Source of the DNA: the human T2T-CHM13v2.0 reference genome, Homo sapiens
NCBI RefSeq assembly: GCF_009914755.1
Contig: NC_060938.1
DNA: 64,000 bases
Direction: 5' to 3' (one strand)
Position numbers and translations under genes: made by a program. This document shows, piece after piece, positions 15,311 through 28,430 of this stretch. Position 1 is the stretch's first letter; the number at the start of each line of letters is the position of its first letter. A model generated the notes under the pieces. That model did no database searches and was not told the origin of the DNA. It worked only from the letters and a program-made list of their open reading frames with translations.

Positions 15311-15739
15311 ATGCCATAGTAAAATTTCACCTGAAATTTAATGGTTAAAATACTGCTTGCTTTGTTTTCTTACTACATTATAAGTAATTTATACCTGATT
15401 TTTTTTTTCAATTGACTCTAAGATCCTCAAAGCAAGGTCCTATTACATTCCCAGTGTCCAGGATTTATTCATGAGTCCGCATCATGTCTAAACCCCAGGC
15501 AGATACAATGGTAAACAATATACATTCTAGCCATCAATATGCAACTGTGGATTTTTCCCATCTAGCATCTGGGTTAGTTTGCTTTTGGCCAAAGGTGATC
15601 ATAAAGTTTACTTTTGCAGCTAGAAGTCTATCAAGTCAGTAATGAACTCTGAACCACCTGAGTGTTATTTGTTTAAGTATAGATGAACTGGAATCACTGC
15701 ATCTTTCAGTAATGGAAGGGATTGACAAGACCATTGAAT

Positions 15740-15900
15740 TATTGGGTTTTAATCCTGGTCAATTACCAGAGCTTTAAAAATTACAGGTTCCGAACCTTCA
15801 TCTACAGATATTTGATTGAATACTCTAGTACAAGGCCTAGGCATCTGTGTTAAAAATGTCTCAGAGTAATGCTGACAATCACAAGAATTGAGGACCCACC
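15740..15900. mobile_element. MER5-like hAT-Charlie MITE relic
   Basis: ggcctaggcatctgtgtt...agtaatgctga...gaattgaggaccc; quasi-palindromic layout. Confidence 0.5.
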
Positions 15901-16014
15901 ACCCCCATTTAATAGAACCCCTCCATCCAGTGACTGAATCTCTTCTACTGAGTTGAACTAAGGGTTTATAATGACATTAATAGACCCCATAAGGGGACCA
16001 TGTCCAGGGAACTA

Positions 16015-16515
16015 CATATCAGTTGGCTATGTTAGTATAACAAACTATTCCAAAACTCAGTAGCTTGAAACAATAAGCATTTATTATTGCTTATGAGTCT
16101 ATGGATCTGGATGGATTTGTCCGATCTCTGCTAGGCCCACTCAAGTGTCTGAGGTTAGCTGGCTGGTCTAGAATTGCCTCACTCACGTGGCCAGTGTAAG
16201 GTCACTGTCACCTGGGGTGATGGGGTCTCTGGGCCACAGCAAGCAAGCCCATTCTGTCTACATTCCAAGAGACGCCAGATTCTAGGAGAGCAAGCAGAAT
16301 TGTGTAAGTGAGCCTCTTAAGACCTTGGCTTGGGACCTGGGCTTGGAACTGACATACCCACACACCTTCACTTCTATGAATTCTGTTGGCTAAAGTAAGT
16401 AAAAAGGCCAAGCCCACATTCACAGGCTAGGGAAAGAGACTCCAACCCTTGATAAGAGGAGCTGCAAAGTCCTATCTCAAGGAAATAGATTTAAAGAGGA
16501 GAGTAATTGTGACCA
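16015..16515 (-). mobile_element. Old MLT1-family LTR; its terminus is the SVA target site
   Basis: ataacaaactattccaaaactcagtagcttgaaacaataagcatttatt...aaggccaagcccacattc...gaggagctgcaaagtc. Confidence 0.8.
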
Positions 16516-19038
16516 TTTTTTTTTTTAATTTATTTATTTATTTTTTTTATTGATCATTCTTGGGTGTTTCTCGCAGAGGGGGATTTGGCAGGGTCATAGG
16601 ACAATAGTGGAGGGAAGGTCAGTAGATAAACAAGTGAACAAAGGTCTCTGGTTTTCCTAGGCAGAGGACCCTGCGGCCTTCCGCAGTGTTTGTGTCCCTG
16701 GGTACTTAAGATTAGGGAGTGGTGATGACTCTTAACGAGCATGCTGCCTTCAAGCATCTGTTTAACAAAGCACATCTTGCACCGCCCTTAATCCATTTAA
16801 CCCTGAGTGGACACAGCACATGTTTCAGAGAGCACAGGGTTGGGGATAAGGTCACAGATCAACAGGATCCCAAGGCAGAAGAATTTTTCTTAGTACAGAA
16901 CAAAATGAAAAGTCTCCCAGGTCTACTTCTATCCACACAGACCCGGCAACCATCCGATTTCTCAATTTTTTCCCCACTCTTCCCGCCTTTCTATTCCACA
17001 AAACCGCCATTGTCATCATGGCCCATCCCCAATGAGCCGCTGGGCACACCTCCCAGACGGGGTCGTGGCCGGGCAGAGGGGCTCCTCATTTCCCAGTAGG
17101 GGTGGCCGGGCAGAAGCGCCCCTCACCTCCCGGACGGGGCGGCTGGCCAGGCAGAGGGGTCCTCACTTCCCAGTAGGGGCGGCCGGGCAGAGGCGTCCCT
17201 CACCTCCCGGACGGGGCGGCCGGCCGGGCGGGGGGCTGACCCCCCCACCTCCCTCCCGGACAGGGCGGCTGGCCGACCCCCCCCCCCGCCCCGCCTCCCT
17301 CCCGGACGGGGCGGCTGGCCGGGCAGAGGGGCTCCTCACTTCCCAGTAGGGGCGGCCGGGCAGAGGCGCCCCTCACCTCCCGGACGGGGCGGCTGGCCAG
17401 GCGGGGGGCTGATCCCCCCACCTCCCTCCCGGACGGGGCGGCTGGCCGGGCGGGGGGCTGACCCCCCCCACCTCCCTCCCGGACGGGGCGGCTGGCCGGG
17501 CAGAGGGGCTCCTCACTTCCCAGTAGGGGCGGCCGGGCAGAGGCGCCCCTCACCTCCCGGACGGGGCGGCTGGCCAGGCGGGGGGCTGATCCCCCCACCT
17601 CCCTCCCGGACGGGGCGGCTGGCCGGGCGGGGGGCTGACCCCCCTCACCTCCCTCCCGGGCGGGGCGGCTGGCCGGGCGGGGGGCTGACCCCCCCACCTC
17701 CCTCCCGGATGGGGCGGCTGGCCGGGCGGGGGGCTGACCCCCCCACCTCCCTCCCGGACGGGGCGGCTGGCCAGGCGGGGGGCTGATCCCCCCACCTCCC
17801 TCCCGGACTGGGCGGCTGGCCGGGCGGGGGGCTGACCCCCCCACCTCCCTCCCGGACGGGGCGGCTGGCCGGGCAGAGGGGTCCTCACTTCCCAGTAGGG
17901 GCGGCCGGGCAGAGGCGCCCCTCACCTCCTGGACGGGGCGGCTGGCCGGGCGGGGGGCTGACCCCCACCACCTCCCTCCCGGACTGGGCGGCTGACCGGG
18001 CGGGGGGCTGACCCCCCCCACCTCCCTCCTGGACGGGGCGACTGGCCGGGCAGAGGGGCTCCTCACTTCCCAGTAGGGGCGGCCGGGCAGAGGAGCCCCT
18101 CACCTCCCGGACGGGGCGGCTGGCCGGGCGGGGGGCTGACCCCCCCCACCTCCCTCCCGGTCGGGGTGGCTGCCGGGCGGAGACGCTCCTCACTTCCCAG
18201 ACGGGGTGGCTGCCGGACGGAGGGGCTCCTCACTTCTCAGACGGGGCGGTTGCCAGGCAGAGGGTTTCCTCACTTCTCAGACGGGGCGGCCGGGCAGAGA
18301 CGCTCCTCACCTCCCAGACAGGGTTGCGGCCCAGCAGAGGCGCTCCTCACATCCCAGACAGGGCGGCGGGGCAGAGGTGCTCCCCACATCTCAGACGATG
18401 GGCAGCCGGGCAGAGACGCTCCTCACTTCCTAGATGGGATGGCGGCGGGGAAGAGGCGCTCCTCGCTTCCTAGATGGGATGGCGGCCGGGCAGAGACGCT
18501 CCTCACTTTCCAGACTGGGCAGCCAGGCAGAGAGGCTCCTCATATCCCAGACGATGGGGGGCCAGGCAGAGACGCTCCTCACTTCCCAGACGGGGTGGCG
18601 GCTGGGCAGAGGCTGCAATCTCGGCACTTTGGGGGGCCAAGGCAGGCGGCTGGGAGGTGGAGGTTGTAGCGAGCCAAGATCACGCCACTGCACTCCAGCC
18701 TGGGCACCATTGAGCACTGAGTGAACAAGACTCCGTCTGCAATCCCGGCACCTCGGGAGGCCGAGGCTGGCGGATCACTCGCGGTTAGGAGCTGGAGACC
18801 AGCCCGGCCAACACAGCAAAACCCCGTCTCCACCAAAAAAAAAAAAACGAAAACCAGTCAGGCGTGGCGGCGCGCGCCTGCAATCGCAGGCACTCGGCAG
18901 GCTGAGGCAGGAGAATCAGGCAGGGAGGTTGCAGTGAGCCGAGATGGCAGCAGTACCGTCCAGCTTTGGCTCGGCATCAGAGGGAGACCGTGGAAGGAGA
19001 CCGTGGGAAGGGGGAGAGGGGAGAGGGGAGAGGGGAGA
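16516..19038 (-). mobile_element. Full-length SVA retrotransposon (young, SVA_D-F type)
   Basis: On the minus strand, in order: short (CCCCTCT)n head at about 19010-19038, Alu-like domain at about 18620-19000, GC-rich VNTR at about 17040-18620, SINE-R at about 16545-17040, AATAAA and A-rich tail; CpGs largely intact. Confidence 0.97.
17040..18620. repeat. SVA VNTR (mixed units of about 37-50 bp)
   Basis: Repeated gggcggggggctgacccccccacctccctcccggacggggcggctggcc and gcagaggggctcctcacttcccagtagggg units. Confidence 0.95.
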
Positions 19039-19115
19039 TACCATAAAGTCTTTTATCCCTAACAAATGTTTTTTGAATACCTTCCACATGCATGTTCCCA
19101 GGAAAGACTTATACA

Positions 19116-19212
19116 GGCCAGGTGTGGTGGCTCACGCCCTTGTAATCCCAGCACTGTAGGAGGCCAAGGTGGGGACATTGTTTGAGCCTGGGAGTTCAAG
19201 ACCAGCCTGGCA
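19116..19212 (+). mobile_element. Alu left-monomer fragment
   Basis: ggccaggtgtggtggctcacg...agttcaagaccagcctgg. Confidence 0.85.
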
Positions 19213-19804
19213 CCATTTTTATAATTAATCCATTACATAGCATAACATGGGGGAGAAACAGCACTTCCAGCCAAATGTGATTTCTTTCTAAGTGAGGGCT
19301 GAAGTTTTCACTCTCATCTCAAAAATTACAAAGTCCACACGTTAAAGCTACATCTTACATTCATTATTTCTACTCCTGCCTGCACATGCACACATCTTAC
19401 TTAATCCTCAAGATCTCAGTCTGAAACTAAAGCGAAAGCAATCTATTTACTCTCAGCACTATTTTGTATTATCCTTTGGGGTTAAGAAGACTGGATGACA
19501 CTCCCCTCTTATGAGGATGTGTTCAGGACAGGTCTCTGCGATGTCTCTTCCTGGCTTAGGATGTGCCTACAGATGAAATGTGACAGTGATCATCAGAGCC
19601 ACACCCTCTAAAGGACCCCAGAGCATTAGCATGAGGAGCACCAAAGCATAAGAAGAAACATTACAGGAAAAGATAACACACAAGACCAGCAAATAACCCC
19701 AAGGAGCAGGAAACTGGAGCTCCTTAAAGACTACAGGCTGATGCTAATTAGATTTTAGGCACCAGCTGTTTTCTAGGCCCTCTTCACTCTACCTCCCTTC
19801 TTTA

Positions 19805-20284
<480 letters not shown>

Positions 20285-20467
20285 TCAAAGGCAAGGCTAT
20301 CTCAAGTCCACAGTTAGATGCCTCTTTAAATATACAGTTTTCAATCAGCTTGGTAGGATCACTGCTTAAAGGACTAAGCAACAGAAGTAGATGCAAAACA
20401 CAATGAAATAAAAAGAAATGCTAAATTCACCATACAGTTGCCTTAGGAAAGCCAAATTCAAGCAGAT

Positions 20468-20942
20468 GTTGCATTCAATTTGCTTCATGAAGAAACCCCA
20501 GGAAGTTCTAAAAACATACCAAACAGGCCATGAATGGGAGTGTATAAAAGATGTACTTGAATGTGTTCAGAGTTCTGAGCTAAGGATTCTGGGAGCAACC
20601 AACCCAGAGATCCATTTCTTATCCATGAGGAACATCTGAAGCCCCCATCCCATCCCATGGAAACTGGACCATACAGGCGATCAAGGCCCTTTGATTTGGT
20701 CAAATGAAAGTTGCCAGGTGGAGGTTAGGGGGTGGGTGTTGAGTGAAAATGCTATATAAACTGCATGTTTTTGCTTTTTGTAAGTGGTTGTGGTTTTCCT
20801 GTTCAGCCTGCTGCGACTGGACCGTCCGTCTACATAAGTACCCCCTAATAAAAACCTGTCGTGTTTGCTGGCCCTGGGTCTCTTCTTCCACCTCTTGAAT
20901 TGGTGCCATCCCTACTGAAGTTAACAAGGGGCTGGCACTACA
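20468..20942 (+). mobile_element. ERV solo LTR (LTR47-like)
   Basis: atgaggaacatctga...gaaaatgctatataaactgcatg (TATA) ...aataaa...; ends in CA; homologous to 63634-64000; 5' bound approximate. Confidence 0.75.
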
Positions 20943-22798
20943 TGGAGGAAATTTGCCAACACTCTTCTAAACTGTATTCTATTCCTGAGCACTGATTCTG
21001 GGAGAGAAGCACGTTTGGAGTGGTGATGGTTTTGTACCGTAACGTGTAGCATCCAATGTACAAATGCCTATGAGAGTCAGGATGGCTATCAGTGCCGTTA
21101 ACTGCATGGGCGACTTACAGTGGCTTCTATTTGTTTTTTAATCATAACTGAAAAGTCACAAATTTGAACCAGCAATCTCTAGGCAAAATCATCATCATGG
21201 TTCCTACCCCCACTTCTTGCTCACTTGGCCTCCAAATAAGTGGCATTCTTGGATTGTCTTCTAATGAGCTGGCTGATGGGGCTGCAAGCAATCTATGCTT
21301 TCGATTAATCAGCCAAGGGGAAACTAGAGCCGCAAAAAAACAAACTACTGGCATTATCACCACAGGAACACTGGGCATGACAATGATGACGTAGTGCTGA
21401 TTTACCTCCAGCAAAAGACATACTACTGCACTTTCCTGAAACTTGGAAGAGGGGCATTCACCCTAAGAGAGAAATTTTCACCCTACCTGTGACCCTCCCA
21501 ACTCATACCCTCACTCACAGCCAACTTCATAGACTTCCTATATGCCAGAAAGTTCAGATGTGCCATCTTGGTACACTGTGTTTTAGGGCAATTTGCTGCA
21601 GCTCTAGAAACCTGGATATGTTAAGCATAGGCTGCTCCGTACAGGGAATCCTTAAGTTGCCTGCACAGAGTTGCCTAAAACAAACCTGTGCTGCATATTC
21701 AGAGTCATCTGGCATAGGTCAAACCTTCACAGGTGTCATGGCAGTGCCTCAGTTTGGGCAATTTCTATTGCATTTCCCATACCGCCCTCCTATAAAACCC
21801 CTTAGCTTAGCATCCTCACACTCTGATGTAATTCCTCAAATTAACTTTACATGTAGCCTTGTCTTTCCTACATGTTTATGAATATCTTCCCAGGTATTAA
21901 AGTTTGGACTAGGCCAGGAACAGAGGCAGCAACTTTATTCCTTCACATGTCAGTGCAATCAACGGCTTGTGTTTAGAATAAATATTTGAGACACACAAGC
22001 CTGTTAACAATGCAGTGCTTGATTACTCTGAATTACTCTCTCACCCACAGCAACTGAGGGAGAGGGCCTTGGCACCAGCTCCCTGCACAAAACCTGCTTC
22101 CCAGCCTCCACCATTTGCCTCCCGACCATTCTCTCAAAGAATTCTCAACACACTATACAAAGATCTCAGTTTTCTCCCTTAAATGCCACACAAATTCCAC
22201 ATTGAACACAGACTTTTTTCTTCCCATTAGCACCACAGATTTAATTCAATACCTTCATGTTCACAAATATTTAATTGGACTTACCTTGTAACTCTTTTCC
22301 TCAAACCCCACCTTGCATCTTCCGTTCCACACTGAACTCCTTTAAATAAAGGGTCTCTTTTTGTTTGTTTTGAGACAAAACATCACCTTGGTCTATTACA
22401 AAGCTATCTTGACACTTAAGCTACATTTCAATTAGTCAGAGGTGCCTATCTATTAAAATGTCCATAATCCTTCACACTTTTTCTTCCTCAAAACCTATTT
22501 GGTAAGCAATGTAGTTTTTTGTTTTGTTTTGTTTTTCTACAGTGCCAAAAGGGTACATTGTACTAACTAGAGGTAATTAGCATGTTAAGTTTTCTTCCCA
22601 GGCCAGGCTATCGGGTTACAACTTCTAATAAACCCTCCTGCGAAAAGACATTTCTTTGTCTGGGGACCACCGAGAACTAACCAAACAAAACACCTTCAAT
22701 TGTCTCAGAAATTCTGCCATCTAAACACAATCAAAAAGAAAAGCCAACACCAAAGCAAATAAAATGAATGAAGCGTTCCTGCTGCGGGCAGCCCTTAC

Positions 22799-22969
22799 CA
22801 TTGGGAGCAGAGGCCCCCTCCGGACCCTCGCCGGGGTTCTGGCTCCTCTTGGGCTGGGGTGAGGGTGGCGAGGGGTCCAGGCGGTGGGTGCGGGTGGAGG
22901 TATGCTCCGAGCATGCTTGAACAGGACTCACTGCCGTCTGCCTGCCTGTCTGCCACTCCGTCCTCTTGT
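22799..22969 (-). CDS. Candidate internal coding exon (171 nt) of an unidentified minus-strand host gene
   Basis: Acceptor tttttttttcatcttggcccttcccacccag|, donor ATG|GTAAGG, length 3x57, non-repetitive, locally GC- and CpG-rich; phase-1 frame is open: (D)KRTEWQTGRQTAVSPVQACSEHTSTRTHRLDPSPPSPQPKRSQNPGEGPEGASAPN. Confidence 0.55.
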
Positions 22970-23739
22970 CTGGGTGGGAAGGGCCAAGATGAAAAAAAAA
23001 TGTGCAGGTTACTCACTGGCCTTCTCTGGCGGGCAGACACACCCAGGAGGAGGGAGAGGCCAGGCGCAGACAGGAGAGTCTTCAGAGGCTGAGCCTGAGA
23101 TCTCCCTTCTGATTTCCTTTTGTGATTACTTCCTGAACTTTAAGCTCAGTCTGCATGGGCATGGGTACTTAGGGAGGCAAATAACACTTGGGTAATTAGA
23201 TTCTAAGGGCTTAATGCAAAGGTTACTTCAAAAGGCAGTGCTTTAGCACACATCCTTTTGCATTTCACTCTGAAATTTGTTTCCTCCGAGTTAGAGTGTT
23301 AACACTAGCATAGGAAATGAGAGTGAAGGGTTACTCTGGGGCAGGGGTCTGGAAGAGCCTGGAGCAAGCAAACCTGGATGTGATTTAAACAATGAGTTTC
23401 TGGAGTCACTTTTAGGCTGAATTTTAGAGAAACAGGATTCTCAACAGTCTCCCAGTGCCTATGGACTTTGCCTTGTCCAAGGGGCACATTCTTGAAGTAG
23501 GCATCTAGAAATCAAGATTTTAGAAATGGATTCACATTGAAAGTTCAAGAACTTATTTGATAGCCTGACCTCTGATTAATCCTGAAATGAAGCCTTTCAC
23601 AAATGGATAATAACTTGTTGGTTTGGAGGAAGCATGGGTGTTCATAAACAAAGGCATGGCAGTAATACAGCTGAGGGAGATGGAGCGGAGGGCGACGGAA
23701 CAGGTACTTGCCTCAATTAACCCTAAAAATGTGCTTATG

Positions 23740-23885
23740 AGGGAGGATAACTGTTCCTCTTTCACATGTGAGCACACTGAGACCCAGAGGTTAGGGAACT
23801 TGGCTCATGCTGGGCCAGCTAGTGAATGGGAGACCCCGGATTTGGACCCAGGTTTGCCTGAACCCAAGACCTGGTATCCTCCCAC
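23740..23885 (-). mobile_element. MIR relic
   Basis: cactgagacccagaggttagggaacttggctca...ggatttggacccaggt. Confidence 0.7.
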
Positions 23886-25740
23886 CATACAGCCAGGAAT
23901 GCCTTTCACCACTCCAACACTCACCTTTCCTCCACCTGCAGCTGACCTAAGGCTAGATACCTTTCCTTAAAGTTTTATAACTTTTCCAAAACTGATATGC
24001 CATGAAATGTAATTCTGTGGGTTTCTAGTAAGTGCAATAAAAGGGGGAAAATGTACTATATAGGTTTCTCTACCGTAGCTTCTCATAGCCTTTTGTATGC
24101 TAATATACATTGTGACTCTCCAAGTTCAGGACCTACAGTGTGCCACGTTTCCCTTCCCAAAGAGGGGAAGGGATCTTCTGAATTTGGGAAACAGTATTAA
24201 AGAGATGTGTTGTTTTTTTCTCCTCCTCTTTTTTTTGAACTTATAAAAAATTCATTATAAAAAACTTCAAACAGTATATAAGGGCATAAAATAAAAAGTA
24301 AAAAATTCTCTATTATTCTTAACAATCTGTCCCATTCCCCAGAGGTAACCACTGTTAGCAATTTCTTATGTATCTGGTTCAGAAATGTTTATGTATATAA
24401 AGCATATATGACTACCCTCTTAAAAACAACATAACTTGGATTAAAGGATACCCGTGATGTGTTATTTGGCACTTAAAAAAAACTTAATGATACATTTGAG
24501 ATTTTCCATATCAGCATATAGAATTGCTTGGGCAAGTTAGAGTCAAGAAAAGTAAAAGTTAGGTCTAAAATACTGGATTACCACTTTATAGAAGGGTCTG
24601 CAATAGGGGCCACAGTATGCACAGAGGGGCAGACTGAGAAGGGATAAAGAAGAGGGACTCACACCCCTGTAAACATGATTACAATTGAATAGATACTACA
24701 CGTTTTACTCTACGGGTTAAAAAAAAAAAAGTGACAGAGAAACGAATTTCTTCCCTCTTCCAGCTCTCTCACCCCAATGTATTAATTGAATAAAGCCTTA
24801 CCCTAAACAACCCCAGCAATCAGTTGCTATTATTATCCTCATTTTACAGATCGAGAGAGCAACCTCAGAGTATGCACCCAGCACACAAGAACGGCAAAAT
24901 AAATGCTTGAAGTTTTATTAATGAAGCAAACATGGCATTGGCCACCCTGATTTTTGCCACGCTGTGTTCCTAAAAGCCACACTATAAAGTGGATCCTATT
25001 TTCCCTTAGGAACAATGTTGTAATTACGGGTTCTGTTCCAAGACCTCATGTTGGTTTCCTATAAATTCAAGACATAATCAATAAAATCTTGTAAAAACAG
25101 AGACACAACAGTAAATCTAATAATCATGTAAAATAGTAAAATGATGTTCCATGACTCAGATTTTGCGAGATTGGCTCATACAACCCCTCCTTTTTACTGA
25201 TGATGGAAAGAATATCCAGAAGATTGTGTGGATCTTCTCTAAAAGTATATACCTTGTTATACTGTCTCAGTAATGAAACAATTTTAAAATGTGCCCACAT
25301 TTGAAACCTGCATTACACAAGGAACTCCAACATACTCTACGGTGTACATACAAACATATTGTATCACAAATTTGACACAATATTAATATACAAGTTAGAA
25401 CAGGCATTACTCGTTTAACTAGAAATAGCTTCCCCTGCCTGCCTCCTTAGAATTAAAAGGTCATTTGAGGAATGATTTGACTGACTCATTTCTTAGAAAA
25501 ACTGTCTAGGGATAATGTGAATCAATACTTTCCTATTTTCTCAATATGTTTTTCTGTATAAACCAGAGGCTTTCAACATCATTCCATGGGTTTTATCCCT
25601 GCTAACACAGTTGCAGAAGTGTCTTCATAGTTTGAGACATTACTTGGGACCTTAGATTGATTTGGGGTGTACAGTTTGACCTAATCCTCCTGCACTCCTG
25701 ACAATTCTTTCTTTTTTATTCCTCCCCACCCATTGTCCTA

Positions 25741-25959
<219 letters not shown>

Positions 25960-26649
25960 TTATAATTATTTAATATTATCCAGTCTCTAGACAGTGTTAA
26001 ATTCCTCTAAATATATCAAATTTTTTTTTATACTTTGTTCAAGTCAATACTGCAGTTGGTTCATAGGTGTTGTCGTTTTATCTAAACATTCTTTTTCCAT
26101 CTTTATTTTTCTTCCTTGCAATTTACTTCTTGAAGAACCTGGTTCTTTGCCAGAAAATGTCCCACAATCTACATTTTGATCATGGTATGATTTAACATGT
26201 TCCTCTCCCTTTGGAATTTATAGTTAGATTTAGAAGTTTGATCGCATTTAGATTTGATTTTCGGACAGACTAGCTAGTTAAAAGGCAGTCTTACGTACTT
26301 CCATCAAGAGGCAACTGGCGTTTGATAAGTTCTGGTATTTGTGCACTTAGCAACCACTGAGAATCAATGCCTTGGTATTATTTCCTAGGGATTGAAAAAT
26401 GATTTTCTTCCATTTCTTCCTCATTCATTAACTGGGATGCTATTAATATTAAAGGCTTATACTTTCCAAAATGAAAGCATACATTTCCCGTTTCTGTTTT
26501 TGGCCACGACATGTTATGTTAGACAATATATATTTTTTCCACCTACGTATTTCATTAAAATCTATTTTACTGAGATTATTAGTAGTATTATAAATAATTA
26601 CTCAGATTTCTGTAACATAACAACAAGTGGAAAACACCATTCAGAAACC

Positions 26650-26890
26650 TTCAGTCAAAGAGTGGTGAAGGACTGGTCCACAGTACACCACTCAAGTTCA
26701 AACCTAATTTTGCCACTTGTGAGCGCTATGACTTTGGTCAAGGCTTTTCATCTTCTTACCCTCAGTTTTTTCATCTATAACATGGAGATAATAAAGCCTA
26801 CCTTACAGCTTTTATGAGAATTCATGATAAAGTATGCAAAGAGTATGTTTCAGTGTCTGACAAATAGTAGATACTCAATAAGTTGTAGTC
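26650..26890 (+). mobile_element. MIR relic
   Basis: ttgccacttg...atgactttggtcaag...cctcagttttttcatctataacatggagataata...agtagatactcaataa. Confidence 0.8.
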
Positions 26891-27042
26891 ATGACTAGTT
26901 TCATCGCTGTCTCCCCCATACCAAGCACAGTGCCTGGCAAACCGCAGCTGCTCAATCAATATCAAGTGAGTAACTTCAGGGATGATTGGCTTTACTTTGT
27001 CTCAAGCTGATGGTGGCTTTAATAGTTCAAGATCCTGGGAAT

Positions 27043-27092
27043 ATAGAAGTCTATTAATTAAATGTAAATAGAAGTCTATTAATTAAATGTAA
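27043..27092. repeat. Perfect 25-bp tandem duplication
   Basis: atagaagtctattaattaaatgtaa twice. Confidence 0.95.
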
Positions 27093-27380
27093 GTCCATTC
27101 ATGGGCTTACATTTAATTGGCTGTAGGAATGGAAAAGGGCATGATTTGCTCCCAGGTTCAATTATCCCAGTCAGCTATTTTGAAAGTAAGTACTACTGGT
27201 AACCCAGGGTTGAGGAGCAGAATCAACTCAACTATATCTACAGAGAGGTACGAAGACATCAATTTTCTCCAAAAGAAAGATGTACCAGCATTGCTATCAC
27301 CTTGACTTGGCCTGAGGTGCTCTGAGGGCTCACTCAGTGTACTGAGTTAAACTGTGTCCCTCAAAAGATAGGCTGATGTC

Positions 27381-27811
27381 TGCTACAGTTTGGATGTTTG
27401 TCCTCTCCAAATCTCATACTGAAATTGGACCCCCAGTGTTGAAGGGGGGTGCCTAATGGGGGATGTATGGGTAATGGGGTGGATGCCTCATGAACAGATC
27501 AATGCCCTCCCTGGGGAGGCAAGGGGGCAAGTGAGTTTTCATTCTTTTAGCTCCCAAGAGAGCTGGCTGTCAAAAAAAGCCCGGCACCTCCCCTCTCACT
27601 CTCTCACAGCCTCTCTCACCATGTGACTTCTGTGCATGCCAGCTTCCCTTGTGCTTCCCACCATGAGTGGAAGCAGCCTGAGGCCTTCAACAGATGCAGA
27701 TGCCAGCGCCATGCTTCTTGTACAACCTGAAGAACCATGAGCCAAATATCTTTTTCTTTATAAATTACAGTCTCAGGTATCCCTCTATAGCAACACAAAA
27801 TAGACTACGAT
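27381..27811 (+). mobile_element. MST-type MaLR solo LTR nested in MLT1
   Basis: tgctacagtttggatgtttgtcc...ccatgagtggaagcagcctgaggcc...tctcaggtatccctctatagcaacacaaaatagact. Confidence 0.85.
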
Positions 27812-27942
27812 GTTGAAGTCCTAATCCCCAGAACGTACGAATGTGACTTTATTTGGAAATAGGGTGTTTACAGATGTAATCAAGTTAAGACGAGGTCATA
27901 TTGGATTAGGGTGAACCCTAAATCCAGTCACTGGTGTCGTTA

Positions 27943-28430
<488 letters not shown>

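Noticed and set aside
17040-18620. Repeat array superficially resembling CRISPR
   Set aside because: The units are contiguous with no unique spacers and no cas genes; this is the SVA VNTR in primate DNA.
17032-19159. Many long Pro/Gly/Arg-rich ORFs, up to 288 aa
   Set aside because: They result from the stop-poor, GC-rich SVA VNTR and Alu-like domain and are not genes.
22780-23100. CpG-island promoter
   Set aside because: The patch is short and only moderately CpG-rich, and its CpG density coincides with the splice-site-bounded segment, so an exon is the better explanation, though a promoter is not excluded.
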